A DNA stretch of 64,000 bases, from contig DCTW01000005.1 of the NCBI GenBank assembly GCA_002329465.1, forward strand, positions 4,131 to 68,130, read 5' to 3'. Below are positions 46,240 through 56,173 of the stretch, piece by piece. The stretch's first letter is position 1. Each line of letters begins with the position of its first letter. Below the pieces are notes generated by a model. It was not told where the DNA came from. It saw only the letters and a list, made by a program, of their open reading frames with translations, and did no database searches. The DNA comes from Candidatus Woesebacteria bacterium UBA1430. Lineage in GTDB: Bacteria > Patescibacteriota > Microgenomatia > UBA8517. The position numbers were made by a program, and so were the translations under genes.

Positions 46240-48102
46240 TCAATGACCATCCCGCTGGGCGTACAAAACCGACAGAAGGACAAATGCCTTTTCATAATCG
46301 GGCTTAAGAAGGCAGGCTTTTTTAAGGTGCTCTATTGCTTTTTCAAAGTTTCCGGTTCTTGCGTAGCTAAGCGCTAAAACATAGTAATTTCTTGGGTCGG
46401 TGGGGGACAAATCTATCATTCTTTCGAGTATTTCAATGGATTTTAATAAATATTCGCCGTCAATCTGGGACATATCTGCATAAGAATTTGATATTATCTG
46501 AAGAATTTTTATATTTCTGGGTGACTGCGAAAACGCTTTTTCGGAAGCGTATTCGGCATTAGCTGCACTTTCTTGATAATCAATACCGCTCAAAAATTCA
46601 TCCAGAGCTTTTGCTGACGAGGCCGATGAAAAGTGTGCCCAGTAAAGAGGCTCGTTGTTTAAACCTAAAGCCTTATTAAAAAAATATTCCGATTCAGCGT
46701 AATTTTTACGCGATAAGCTCTTTGTAGCCTTTGCATAATAGATATCCGCAGCAAAATATCTAGCAATTAAAACCAATCCAAATATATAAGCAATTGTCAA
46801 AAAACTCATACCGAAGGCTATTGATCCTTTTTTAATTTTTAGCACTTTATCTTTTGAGTTATCGTTTTTTTTACATAAAGCGGGATATAGAAAAAAGGTT
46901 ACCGAAGTGGAAACCACGCTGAATCCGAAAAAGTTCGTTATTAAAAGCCCCAGATATCCGGCCAAAAGTGCATTTTTATAATCGGACTTGGAAACAACAA
47001 TCATTTTGATCGAAGCGGCAACGATTAACATATACGCCAAAAAGCCGAAAATACCGGTTGTGGCAAGATAATTTAGATATTCATTGTGCGCTTTGTTATA
47101 AATGTAATTCCACTCGCTGGTTAAGTTGTGCTCAACAGGCCTGTATTTGTAATATGAAAACGCAAAAGTCTCAACCCCCGAGCCGAATAGGGGGTAGTCT
47201 CTAAAAATATCAAAAGCCCCCCTCCAAATTATTTTTCTTATGTCGCTACTTTCTGTTATTAAAACATCTGCACTCGGCTTTTTATAGGCACGGTCCTTAG
47301 TTATTACGGAATTTGTCCAAGGTGTTCCAAAAACCGCTGAAATTATTGCAATTATAAATATTCCAAGAAAAGCTACCCGCTTTCTTGTAAGAAAAAGATA
47401 AACTAGATAGGCGATCAAAAATCCCAAAACTCCGGATCTTGATTTAGTGAACAAAACCGCACTGTAAATTAACCCAAAAATTAAGATACTAAGCTTTCCC
47501 TTAAACATCAAAAAGCTTAGAGCAGTAATTGTTACAAGCCAAGCAGCAAGCCAATTGGGCTGCCCAAAACTTGCAAAAGCTCTGTGAGTAACGTCTTGTA
47601 CCCAGCAGTCGGCGCCAAATTCTCCCTTTAAAATAAAACAGCTGGGGCTTTTGCCGAAATGTTCAAATCCAGCCCAAAGCGATAGAATTAAACCCGAAAA
47701 TATAGCATTTCTTAACATAACACGGCTTTCTTTGTTTGCGACATTAGAAACATACCCCCAGTATAAAACTGAGTAGGCGGTACTGGACAAAAGACCGCCG
47801 TTGAACCGTGAATAATACCCAAAAATAGAAGTTCTTGTGTCTATTGAAAAATAAGTGGAAACGGCCTGGGATAAAATAAAAAAAAGTAAAGGTAAGTCTA
47901 ATATTGTGCGACTAAAAATAATTTTTCTTTCAGTTAAAGACCTTAAAATCCACAAAAATAAAATTGTCAAAGCTGAAAAATAGATAAAAACTAATTTATT
48001 AAACTCAAAAACCTCGCTTGTAAAAGGCAAAAAAATTAAAGGCGTTAAGAAAAAAAGTAATTTGTAAAAAAAAGATATTATTTTTTTATAAATTTTAGAC
48101 AT
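46240..48102 (-). CDS. O-antigen ligase-like (Wzy_C) membrane protein with C-terminal TPRs
   Basis: FGQPNWLAA, TKSRSG, GSGVETF, AHNEYL; TPR tail. Confidence 0.88.
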   Translation of the reverse strand: MSKIYKKIISFFYKLLFFLTPLIFLPFTSEVFEFNKLVFIYFSALTILFLWILRSLTERKIIFSRTILDLPLLFFILSQAVSTYFSIDTRTSIFGYYSRFNGGLLSSTAYSVLYWGYVSNVANKESRVMLRNAIFSGLILSLWAGFEHFGKSPSCFILKGEFGADCWVQDVTHRAFASFGQPNWLAAWLVTITALSFLMFKGKLSILIFGLIYSAVLFTKSRSGVLGFLIAYLVYLFLTRKRVAFLGIFIIAIISAVFGTPWTNSVITKDRAYKKPSADVLITESSDIRKIIWRGAFDIFRDYPLFGSGVETFAFSYYKYRPVEHNLTSEWNYIYNKAHNEYLNYLATTGIFGFLAYMLIVAASIKMIVVSKSDYKNALLAGYLGLLITNFFGFSVVSTSVTFFLYPALCKKNDNSKDKVLKIKKGSIAFGMSFLTIAYIFGLVLIARYFAADIYYAKATKSLSRKNYAESEYFFNKALGLNNEPLYWAHFSSASSAKALDEFLSGIDYQESAANAEYASEKAFSQSPRNIKILQIISNSYADMSQIDGEYLLKSIEILERMIDLSPTDPRNYYVLALSYARTGNFEKAIEHLKKACLLKPDYEKAFVLLSVLYAQRDGH

Positions 48103-48155
48103 TTTACTAGTGTTATAATGCGTAAAACATTATACATAGTATAATTCAATCTGTT

Positions 48156-49190
48156 ATGATCAATAGACTCTTTGGATTGTTCAGTCACGATATAGGAATA
48201 GATCTTGGTACAGCAAATACTCTTGTGTTCGTTGCAGAAAAAGGCATCGTAATACGAGAGCCCTCGGTAGTAGCTCGACATAAAAAAACAAAAGAAATCC
48301 TTAGCATTGGCTCCTCTGCAAAAAAGATGGTGGGCAGAACTCCCGCCTCAATAGAAGCAATAAGGCCGCTAAAAGACGGAGTAATAGCGGATTTTGATGC
48401 GACTTCGGCAATGCTCTCTTACTATATCAAAAAAGTCCACGAATCTGGTTCAACCATACCCAAAATACCCCGACCGAGAGTGGTAGTCGGAATCCCCTCG
48501 GGTGTAACTGAAGTAGAGCGAAGAGCTGTGGTCGATGCAGCGCTTTCAGCAGGAGCAAGGCGCGCCTATCTGGTAGAAGAGCCTGTTGCCGCGGCAATTG
48601 GGGCGGATATTCCCATAGAAGATCCAAGCGGTGTTTTTATCGTAGATATCGGGGGTGGTACCACTGAAATTGCGCTAATTTCGCTCGGTGGAATAGTACT
48701 AGGCAGATCAATAAGAGTAGCGGGAGATGAAATGGACGAGGCAATTATAAACTATTTTAGGCTAAAATATTCTTTGCTTTTGGGTCAGCCGACAGCTGAA
48801 GAGATCAAAATAGGTATCGGCTCGGCAGCGGCTGCAAAAGAAAAATTTTTAGTAGTAAGAGGAAGGGATTTGGAAACAGGTCTCCCAAGATCGCAAAAAC
48901 TTTCAAGCGATGAAGTTCGCGAAGCCCTTGCGCCTATAATCCAAGAAATAGTAGGACACGTAAAAGATTCGCTTGAGGAAGCCCCTCCCGAGCTTTTATC
49001 GGATGTCTTAAAGTCAGGAATAGTTCTTGCCGGAGGTGGATCGCTGATTGAGGGTATCGACAAAGTTATTTCAGAAGCCACAAAAACAAAAGTAGAAGTT
49101 GCAAATGATCCAATCTCCTGTGTTGCTCGGGGATGTGGAAAACTGCTTCGCGACAATTCGCTGCTCAAAAAAATTAAAATTACAAGTTAG
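48156..49190 (+). CDS. mreB: Rod shape-determining protein MreB (paralog 2)
   Basis: GIDLGTANT, PSGVTEVERRAV, DIGGGTTE, LAGGG. Confidence 0.96.
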   Translation: MINRLFGLFSHDIGIDLGTANTLVFVAEKGIVIREPSVVARHKKTKEILSIGSSAKKMVGRTPASIEAIRPLKDGVIADFDATSAMLSYYIKKVHESGSTIPKIPRPRVVVGIPSGVTEVERRAVVDAALSAGARRAYLVEEPVAAAIGADIPIEDPSGVFIVDIGGGTTEIALISLGGIVLGRSIRVAGDEMDEAIINYFRLKYSLLLGQPTAEEIKIGIGSAAAAKEKFLVVRGRDLETGLPRSQKLSSDEVREALAPIIQEIVGHVKDSLEEAPPELLSDVLKSGIVLAGGGSLIEGIDKVISEATKTKVEVANDPISCVARGCGKLLRDNSLLKKIKITS

Positions 49191-49191
49191 T

Positions 49192-50814
49192 ATGGAGACT
49201 TTTTCAAGTGCCCAAAAAGAAAGCTGGCTTTCCTGGTTTTTAAAAGGAATATTGCTTCTTGGTTTTTTTATTCTTTTGGCAAGGGCAATAGAGCTTCAAA
49301 TAATAAAAGGCTCTTATTATAGAGACTTGGCCGAAGGAAATCGCCTTCGTACAATAGTTATACCTGCACCCAGAGGGAAAATACTCGATAGAAATGGCAA
49401 GGTCCTCGTAGATAACAAAATGGATTATTTTAACTTTACTCTTACGCCGGAGCTTAGCCTGGAGGCCAAAAAGGCAGACTCGCCGAATGAAGAGTCAATA
49501 GCTATCTGGACAAGGCATTACCCTCTGGGTGAAAAATTTGCCCATGTTAGCGGATATTTAGGAGAAGTAAACAGCAAGGAAGTCGGTAAAGTAAATCCCC
49601 TGTGTAAAGAAAAAGGGATTAGAAAATTAGGCTCAATGGTAGGAAGGGGTGGACTTGAAGAACACTACGACTGCCTTTTAAGAGGAATAGACGGTGAAGA
49701 ACTCTTGGAAGTTGATACTTTCGGTAAAAAAATAAGAACCTTCGCGCGAAAAAACCCCCAAAACGGCCAAGACCTAACAACAACTATAGATATAGGTCTT
49801 CAAAACGCAGTTTCCCTAAGGCTTACCGGAAAACGCGGAGCAATAGTGGCATCCGATCCGAACGGCGAAATTTTGGCAATCTATTCTTCTCCAAGCTACG
49901 ATCCAAACTTATTTGCAAGTAGCGAAAATCAAAATAAAAACAAGCTCCAATCAATACTGGATGATAAATCAATGCCGCTTTTTAATAGGGCAATATCCGG
50001 TCTTTATCATCCTGGCTCAATTTTTAAAATGGTGACGGCAACTGCGGCTTTGGAATCAAATGTAATAGACAAGGATTTTACATACGAGGACAAGGGGATA
50101 ATTATCGTAAATGACTTTAGCTACACAAACTGGTATTTTACCCAATATGGGCGTACAGAAGGAATAATCAATCTTCCCCGGGCAATTGCCCGCTCCACAG
50201 ATACCTTTTTTTATAATTTGGGAGAGCTAACAGGTATCGACGCCATAGTAGAATGGGCTAAAAATTTCGGTCTTAATGGGAAAACAGGAATAGATTTAGT
50301 TTCGGAATCAAAAAGCCTGGTTCCCTCGCCCGAATGGAAAAAGGCGGTAATTGGAGAGCGCTGGTTTCTGGGAAACACTTTTCATATAGCCATAGGTCAG
50401 GGCGATCTCTTAGTTACCCCACTTGCCGCGAACATGGCTGTCGCAGCACTTATTAAAGGCGAGCTTTGCGTACCCCATATAAATGCCGATATGGAAAAGT
50501 CGTGTAAAAGCCTAGCTATTTCAAAAGAAAATCTTGAAATCATAAAAGAAGGCATGAAGGGAGCTTGCTCCCAAGGAGGTACCGCGTATCCATTTTTTGA
50601 TTTTACTCCAGAAGTCGCATGCAAAACAGGTACTGCGGAAACTTCAAAAGAGGACACAACTCATGCTTGGTTTACGGTTTATGCTCCTATTGATAATCCA
50701 GAAATTGTATTGACAATCCTCGTCGAAGAAGGGGGAGAAGGCTCAAGCGAAGCAGCGCCTATAGCACGCGACATTCTTGAGTATTGGTTTCGAAGAAAGA
50801 GTAATGAAAATTAA
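49192..50814 (+). CDS. mrdA: Penicillin-binding protein 2
   Basis: PAPRGKILDRNG, PGSIFK (SxxK), SxD, KTGTAE, HAWF. Confidence 0.92.
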   Translation: METFSSAQKESWLSWFLKGILLLGFFILLARAIELQIIKGSYYRDLAEGNRLRTIVIPAPRGKILDRNGKVLVDNKMDYFNFTLTPELSLEAKKADSPNEESIAIWTRHYPLGEKFAHVSGYLGEVNSKEVGKVNPLCKEKGIRKLGSMVGRGGLEEHYDCLLRGIDGEELLEVDTFGKKIRTFARKNPQNGQDLTTTIDIGLQNAVSLRLTGKRGAIVASDPNGEILAIYSSPSYDPNLFASSENQNKNKLQSILDDKSMPLFNRAISGLYHPGSIFKMVTATAALESNVIDKDFTYEDKGIIIVNDFSYTNWYFTQYGRTEGIINLPRAIARSTDTFFYNLGELTGIDAIVEWAKNFGLNGKTGIDLVSESKSLVPSPEWKKAVIGERWFLGNTFHIAIGQGDLLVTPLAANMAVAALIKGELCVPHINADMEKSCKSLAISKENLEIIKEGMKGACSQGGTAYPFFDFTPEVACKTGTAETSKEDTTHAWFTVYAPIDNPEIVLTILVEEGGEGSSEAAPIARDILEYWFRRKSNEN

Positions 50815-51436
50815 GCTTCTTAATCTAGTCAACACGGATTTACCCCCAAAAATATTCTTTGCGGGGGAAATAAAACCAGAAGATCGTCGCGCCGTAGCTA
50901 TCGTCGGATCAAGATTGATGAGCTCTTATGGTAAAAAAATAGCGTCGGACTTCTCATTCTATTTATCTTCAAACGGAATAACAATTATTTCAGGACTAGC
51001 AAGGGGTATAGATACGGTGGTGCATGAAAGCGCTCTCAAAGCCAAAGGAAGAACAATAGCAGTTTTAGGTTCCGGGCTTGATATTGTCTATCCGCCGGAA
51101 AACGCGAAATTATTTGAAAGAATTGTTAAAAGAGGGGCGGTAATAAGCCAGTTTCCTCTCGGCACAAAGCCATATGGCAAGAACTTTTTGGCAAGAAATC
51201 GTACAATCGCGGCACTTTCGCTTGCGGTTGTAGTCGTTGAGGGAAAGAAAAAAAGCGGAACCCTCTCAACCGCTTCCCATGCTGCAGACTTGGGTAAAGA
51301 GGTTTTTGCAGTCCCGGGGCCAATTACGTCTCCGCTTGCAGAAGCGCCCAATTTCTTACTTGAAAACGGCGCAAGGATTGCCAAATCTCCGAAAGAAGTA
51401 TTAGAGTACGTTAAGAGCATAAATTTGACAAAATGA
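50804..51436 (+). CDS. dprA: DNA-processing protein DprA (Rossmann core only)
   Basis: AIVGSR, IISGLARGID, TIAVLGSG, RNR.IA; upstream of topA. Confidence 0.9.
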   Translation: MKIKLLNLVNTDLPPKIFFAGEIKPEDRRAVAIVGSRLMSSYGKKIASDFSFYLSSNGITIISGLARGIDTVVHESALKAKGRTIAVLGSGLDIVYPPENAKLFERIVKRGAVISQFPLGTKPYGKNFLARNRTIAALSLAVVVVEGKKKSGTLSTASHAADLGKEVFAVPGPITSPLAEAPNFLLENGARIAKSPKEVLEYVKSINLTK

Positions 51437-51462
51437 AAATTTTTAAATATTTTTAATTTCTT

Positions 51463-53409
51463 ATGAATCTTATTATTGTCGAATCGCCGACCAAAGCACG
51501 CACACTAAGCCGGTTTCTTGACAAAGACTATTCTGTTGAGGCAACTATGGGCCATATCAAGGATCTGCCGAAATCCAAGCTTGGTGTGGACATAGAAAAA
51601 GATTTCGAGCCGGACTACCTGTTGATCGAAAAGAGAAAAAAAGAAATTCAAAAAATTAAGTCGGCTTCCAAAAAAGCAAACCTAATTTTCCTAGCCTCCG
51701 ACCCGGATCGTGAAGGAGAAGCAATAGCAGCACATGTAAAAGAAGAAATTGGAAACGGAAAAACAAGAAGAATAGTATTTCACGAAATTTCAAAGGAAGC
51801 AGTCTTCGAAGCGATTAAAAACCCAAGGGATATAAATTCCGATCTCGTCAACGCCCAGATAGCAAGAAGAGTACTCGACAGGCTTGTAGGATATAAGCTT
51901 TCTCCGCTTCTTTGGAAAAAAGTTCGTCGTGGACTTTCAGCCGGAAGAGTCCAGTCCGTAGCAGTAAGGCTTATTGTCGAAAGGGAAAGGGAAATAGAAA
52001 ATTTTACCCCAGAGGAATATTGGGAAATAGCCGCAGAGCTGGCAAAATCCGGCGACAAAAAAACATTTATCGCCTCTTTGACAAAAATTAAAGACAAAAA
52101 AGCCGAGGTTAAAAATAAAAATGAGGCGGATGATATAGTCAAAGATCTTTCCGGTGCCGATTATAAAGTAGAAGACGTTTCTACGCGTGAAATCAGAAAT
52201 AATCCCTATCCTCCGTTTACCACTTCTACAATGACACAAAGCGCATCAAGGCTTTTCGGCTGGTCTTCAAAAAAAACAATGAGCGTCGCTCAGAAACTAT
52301 ATGAAGAAGGTTTAATAACATATCATAGAACAGATTCTACAAATCTATCTCGATCTGCAGTCCAAAAGGCACGCTCACTTATTCAAAAAGAGTTTGGAGC
52401 TAAATATTTGCCTCAAAAAGAAAGAGTCTATAAAACCAAAAGCAAAAGCGCCCAAGAAGCACACGAGGCAATAAGGGTGGTCGATCCTTTTCTTAAAGAG
52501 CCAGAAACAAAAGGGCGCTTTGCAAACGATTCCCTAAAGCTTTATAAACTTATCTGGAAAAGATTTTTAGCATGCCAAATGTCCGAAGCGCTCTATGATA
52601 GAAAAACGATTATTGTTTCGGCCTTTTCTAAATATACTCTTAAAGCCTCCGGTCAGACGATGAAATTCGACGGCTGGACTACGCTTTATGCAAGCATAAA
52701 GGATAGCTCCGAAAGTGTAATCTATCTCCCAGAGGTTAAAAAGGGAGAAATCCTGGATTTTATTAAAATTCACAAGGAGCAGCGTTTTACACAGCCGCCG
52801 CCAAGGTTTAACGAGGCTTCTTTAATAAAAACGCTTGAACAATTAGGAATAGGCCGACCTTCGACTTATGCCCCAACTATTTCAACAATTCTGTTTAGAA
52901 ATTATGTGGAAAAGGATGAGGGAAAGTTTGTCCCTACTGCAATTGGGACGGCGGTCAATGATTTTTTGGTCAAAAATTTTCCTGAAGTTTTTGATTACGG
53001 ATTTACCGCAGAAATGGAAGAAAATCTGGACAAAATAGCCGAAGGAAATTCACAGTGGAAAATAACAATTAAAAAATTTTGGGATCCTTTCGCAAACAAG
53101 CTGGAAGTAATTGAGCAAAAAGCAGAAAGGGTTAAAATAGAAACCGAAAAGCTTGGGAAGAAATGCCCCGAATGTAAAACGGGTGAGCTGGTAATACGAA
53201 CGGGAAGGTTTGGAAAATTTATTTCCTGCTCGCGTTTTCCCGATTGTAAATACACTGAAAAATATGAGCAAAAGCTAAAAATGAAATGTCCCGAATGCAA
53301 AAAAGGCGAAGTTGTGATTAAAAAGACCAAAAAGGGTAGAAAATTTTTTGGCTGCTCACGCTATCCCGATTGCACCTGGGCAAGTTGGACTGATCCGAGA
53401 AAAAAATAA
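51463..53409 (+). CDS. topA: DNA topoisomerase I
   Basis: LIIVESPTKA, DPDREGE, SAGRVQS, ITYHRTDS, GIGRPSTY; two C-terminal Zn ribbons. Confidence 0.97.
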   Translation: MNLIIVESPTKARTLSRFLDKDYSVEATMGHIKDLPKSKLGVDIEKDFEPDYLLIEKRKKEIQKIKSASKKANLIFLASDPDREGEAIAAHVKEEIGNGKTRRIVFHEISKEAVFEAIKNPRDINSDLVNAQIARRVLDRLVGYKLSPLLWKKVRRGLSAGRVQSVAVRLIVEREREIENFTPEEYWEIAAELAKSGDKKTFIASLTKIKDKKAEVKNKNEADDIVKDLSGADYKVEDVSTREIRNNPYPPFTTSTMTQSASRLFGWSSKKTMSVAQKLYEEGLITYHRTDSTNLSRSAVQKARSLIQKEFGAKYLPQKERVYKTKSKSAQEAHEAIRVVDPFLKEPETKGRFANDSLKLYKLIWKRFLACQMSEALYDRKTIIVSAFSKYTLKASGQTMKFDGWTTLYASIKDSSESVIYLPEVKKGEILDFIKIHKEQRFTQPPPRFNEASLIKTLEQLGIGRPSTYAPTISTILFRNYVEKDEGKFVPTAIGTAVNDFLVKNFPEVFDYGFTAEMEENLDKIAEGNSQWKITIKKFWDPFANKLEVIEQKAERVKIETEKLGKKCPECKTGELVIRTGRFGKFISCSRFPDCKYTEKYEQKLKMKCPECKKGEVVIKKTKKGRKFFGCSRYPDCTWASWTDPRKK

Positions 53410-53426
53410 AGCAAAAAATAAATTAG

Positions 53427-54026
53427 ATGGCAAAAATATTGGCTGTAAAAACAAATACTCTTTTCCCAAAAGAAATTCCAAATGGATTTCAAATGGCCAA
53501 ATGGGAAGATGTTGTTTCAATTATTAATAAGCACGCTGAATTTATTGAAAGAGATTTGCTCGAAGATGACTCTTCATATCAGCAGATTGTTGTTCAAATA
53601 GCATTGTCTTTTAAAAATAAGTTTTTCATCCATAAAATACCAAGTTCAGGTTCCGAATCCCGTCTGCACGACATGTGGCCAATACTTCTTGGCGGGCACG
53701 TAGAAGAATACGACGATTCTCTGGAAAAAGCAGCTGAGCGTGAATTCAACGAAGAAATAGACTATCAAGGCAAAATAGTTTCAAAAAATTTTCTGGGTTT
53801 AATAAAAATAAACAACGAAAAGCCAGTAAATCAAGTCCACACCGGCTTAGTCTGGATTTTCAAAGGAGACTCCGAAGACTTCAAATACACAGGAGACAAG
53901 GGAATAACCAAGGCAAAATTTCTTACCATTAGCGAGTTAAAGCCATTTAGAAAAAAGATGACTTGGTGGTCACAAGCGGTATTCGATCACCTTGCCCATG
54001 TTCGACATGCCGTCAGACTGTACTAA
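53427..54026 (+). CDS. Predicted NUDIX-family phosphoesterase
   Basis: E.D.SYQQ, E.RLH, GGHVE...AAEREFNEE, V..VH.G. Confidence 0.75.
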   Translation: MAKILAVKTNTLFPKEIPNGFQMAKWEDVVSIINKHAEFIERDLLEDDSSYQQIVVQIALSFKNKFFIHKIPSSGSESRLHDMWPILLGGHVEEYDDSLEKAAEREFNEEIDYQGKIVSKNFLGLIKINNEKPVNQVHTGLVWIFKGDSEDFKYTGDKGITKAKFLTISELKPFRKKMTWWSQAVFDHLAHVRHAVRLY

Positions 54027-54531
54027 TTTGAAGTCCCATGCTCGGGCGTCGCTTTCTCTCCAAAACTACAAATTCAAAAGGCGGCATTTTTTCTTTGTGT
54101 GTTTCTTTTTCAGTCTCACTCCATTTATTAAAATCAATCTTGGGAAAATGCCGATCCCCACTGTATTCTTTAAGTATCCTCGTCAGATAAATTCTGTCAG
54201 ATTTTTCCAAAAAATATTTGTAAATCGACTCACCGCCGATAATCATAAGTTCGCGCTCCTTGCGCTTTTTAGCAAAAACAACCGCCTTTTCCGGATCGTC
54301 AAATACAAAAATCCCGTGTGCTTTAAATTTTTTGTCCGAAGTAATTACGATGTTTTGTCTTTTTGGCAGAGCTTTTCCTATGGATTCAAAAGTAGCTCTA
54401 CCCATTAGTACATGGTGTCCCGTGGTAATTTTTTTAAATCTTTCTAGATCTTCTTTTATATTCCAAGGAAGCTTTCCATTTTTTCCTATTGTGTTATTTA
54501 AACTTACTGCGGCAACAATTGATATTTTCAT
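54013..54531 (-). CDS. folA: Dihydrofolate reductase
   Basis: IG.NG.LPW, MGRATFESIG..LP.R.N, IIGG. Confidence 0.95.
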   Translation of the reverse strand: MKISIVAAVSLNNTIGKNGKLPWNIKEDLERFKKITTGHHVLMGRATFESIGKALPKRQNIVITSDKKFKAHGIFVFDDPEKAVVFAKKRKERELMIIGGESIYKYFLEKSDRIYLTRILKEYSGDRHFPKIDFNKWSETEKETHKEKMPPFEFVVLERKRRPSMGLQISTV

Positions 54532-55460
54532 ACTGAAATAGGTGCTGCTATGGGCGGATGTGGATTATATCCTTCAATATCAATCCAATCAGTCTTAATA
54601 TTATCAATATCGCAAAGCTTTGGATTTAAAATAAGTTTTGGCAAAGCTTTGGGAGTACGGGATAATTGCTCTTTAGCTTGTTTTATATGATTTAAGTAAA
54701 GGTGGGTATCTACCAAAGCCATCGTTAATTCTCCGGGAACTTTGCCCGCAACCTTTGCAATTATATGGGTTAAAAGAGCATACGAAGCAATATTAAACGG
54801 AAGCCCGAGAAAAGTATCAACAGATCTCTGAAGCATAAAACAATTTAATTTATTGCCAATCACCTGAAATTGGTAATAAAGATGACAAGGTGGAAGTGCC
54901 ACTTGTTCCAAAGTGGAAGGATCCCAAGCGGTGACAATTATCCTCCTTGAGTGGGGATTATTTTTAATCAAGTCAATGGTTTTTTTTAACTGATCAACCT
55001 GTCCGCCCCTTCCTTTCCAGTGACGCCAGACGTATCCATAAACAGGCCCCAGATCTCCATATTTTTCTGCAAAGTTAGCATCTGACTTAATTTTGTCAAC
55101 AAACTCATCCATCTTCTTTTTCCATGAGGGAGAATATTTTGGATAGCGCTTGGCCAGACCTTTTGATTCAAGATATTTCTGAAAAGGCCATTCGTTCCAG
55201 ATATTTACACCACTAATTACAAGATTTCTAATATTTCGCTCTCCCTTTATAAACCAAAGAAGCTCCTCTTTCACTCCCTTAAACCACACCTTTTTTGTGG
55301 TTAGAAGGGGGAAGCCAAGTGACAAATCAAATTTAAGCATTCTCCCAAAAACTTTTTTAGTCCCGGTTCCCGTTCTATCATCGCCTTCGACGCCGTTTTG
55401 TAAAATATCATCAAGAAGTGCCAAATATTGCTCATCAACCCTGTTTTTAAAAGTTGACAT
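54528..55460 (-). CDS. thyA: Thymidylate synthase
   Basis: DRTGTGT, FPLLTTKK, ALPPCH, QRSVD.FLGLPFN. Confidence 0.97.
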   Translation of the reverse strand: MSTFKNRVDEQYLALLDDILQNGVEGDDRTGTGTKKVFGRMLKFDLSLGFPLLTTKKVWFKGVKEELLWFIKGERNIRNLVISGVNIWNEWPFQKYLESKGLAKRYPKYSPSWKKKMDEFVDKIKSDANFAEKYGDLGPVYGYVWRHWKGRGGQVDQLKKTIDLIKNNPHSRRIIVTAWDPSTLEQVALPPCHLYYQFQVIGNKLNCFMLQRSVDTFLGLPFNIASYALLTHIIAKVAGKVPGELTMALVDTHLYLNHIKQAKEQLSRTPKALPKLILNPKLCDIDNIKTDWIDIEGYNPHPPIAAPISV

Positions 55461-55552
55461 CAGCCCAATTTTAGATTAATAGTGGGAGGATGGAAAGAGG
55501 AAAGTATCAGACATTATTTTTAATCGGTAAAAACAGTATTTTTGTTTTATAG

Positions 55553-56164
55553 ATGACTGAAAGATTAACAGCAATATCCGGATCAATGTTTTCTGGCAAA
55601 ACCGAAGAATTAATAAGACTTATTGGGCGTAGCGAATACGCAGGAAAAAATACTCAAATTTTTAAACCAGTAATCGATGATCGTTGGGGAAAAACGAAAA
55701 GTATTAAATCTCATTCAGGCACAGAGCACGAAGCAATTCCAATTTCAGCATCAAAAGACATACTAGATAATTTAGATCCTGATACCAATCTAGTAGCAAT
55801 CGATGAAATACAATTCTTTGATGAAGATATAGTACCAGTTATTCGGGAATTGTTAGATAGAAATATTGAGGTAATCTTTGCGGGATTACCGACTGATTTT
55901 CGCGGGGAACCTTTTGGCCAGATGCCCATTCTACTATGCCTTGCTGACGAGACAGTTAGCCTTACAGCTATCTGCACTTATAGTGAGAACGGAGAAATAT
56001 GTGGAAAACCTGCTACTAAAACACAGCGTCTAATAAACGGCGAACCCGCAAATTATGACGATCCAATAATTTTAATCGGAGCAGAGGAAAGCTACGCGGC
56101 ACGATGTCCGAATCATTTTGTGGTTCCTGGCAAACCCGAAAACATTTTCAGCCGAAAGAGTTAA
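55553..56164 (+). CDS. tdk: Thymidine kinase
   Basis: GSMFSGKTEEL, IDEIQFF, DFRGEPF, IGAEESYAARC. Confidence 0.96.
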   Translation: MTERLTAISGSMFSGKTEELIRLIGRSEYAGKNTQIFKPVIDDRWGKTKSIKSHSGTEHEAIPISASKDILDNLDPDTNLVAIDEIQFFDEDIVPVIRELLDRNIEVIFAGLPTDFRGEPFGQMPILLCLADETVSLTAICTYSENGEICGKPATKTQRLINGEPANYDDPIILIGAEESYAARCPNHFVVPGKPENIFSRKS

Positions 56165-56173
56165 ATCTATTTT

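Noticed and set aside
48110-48152. dif-like site (TATAATG-N7-CATTATA)
   Set aside because: Weak match to Xer arms; explained by back-to-back -10 boxes of divergent genes.
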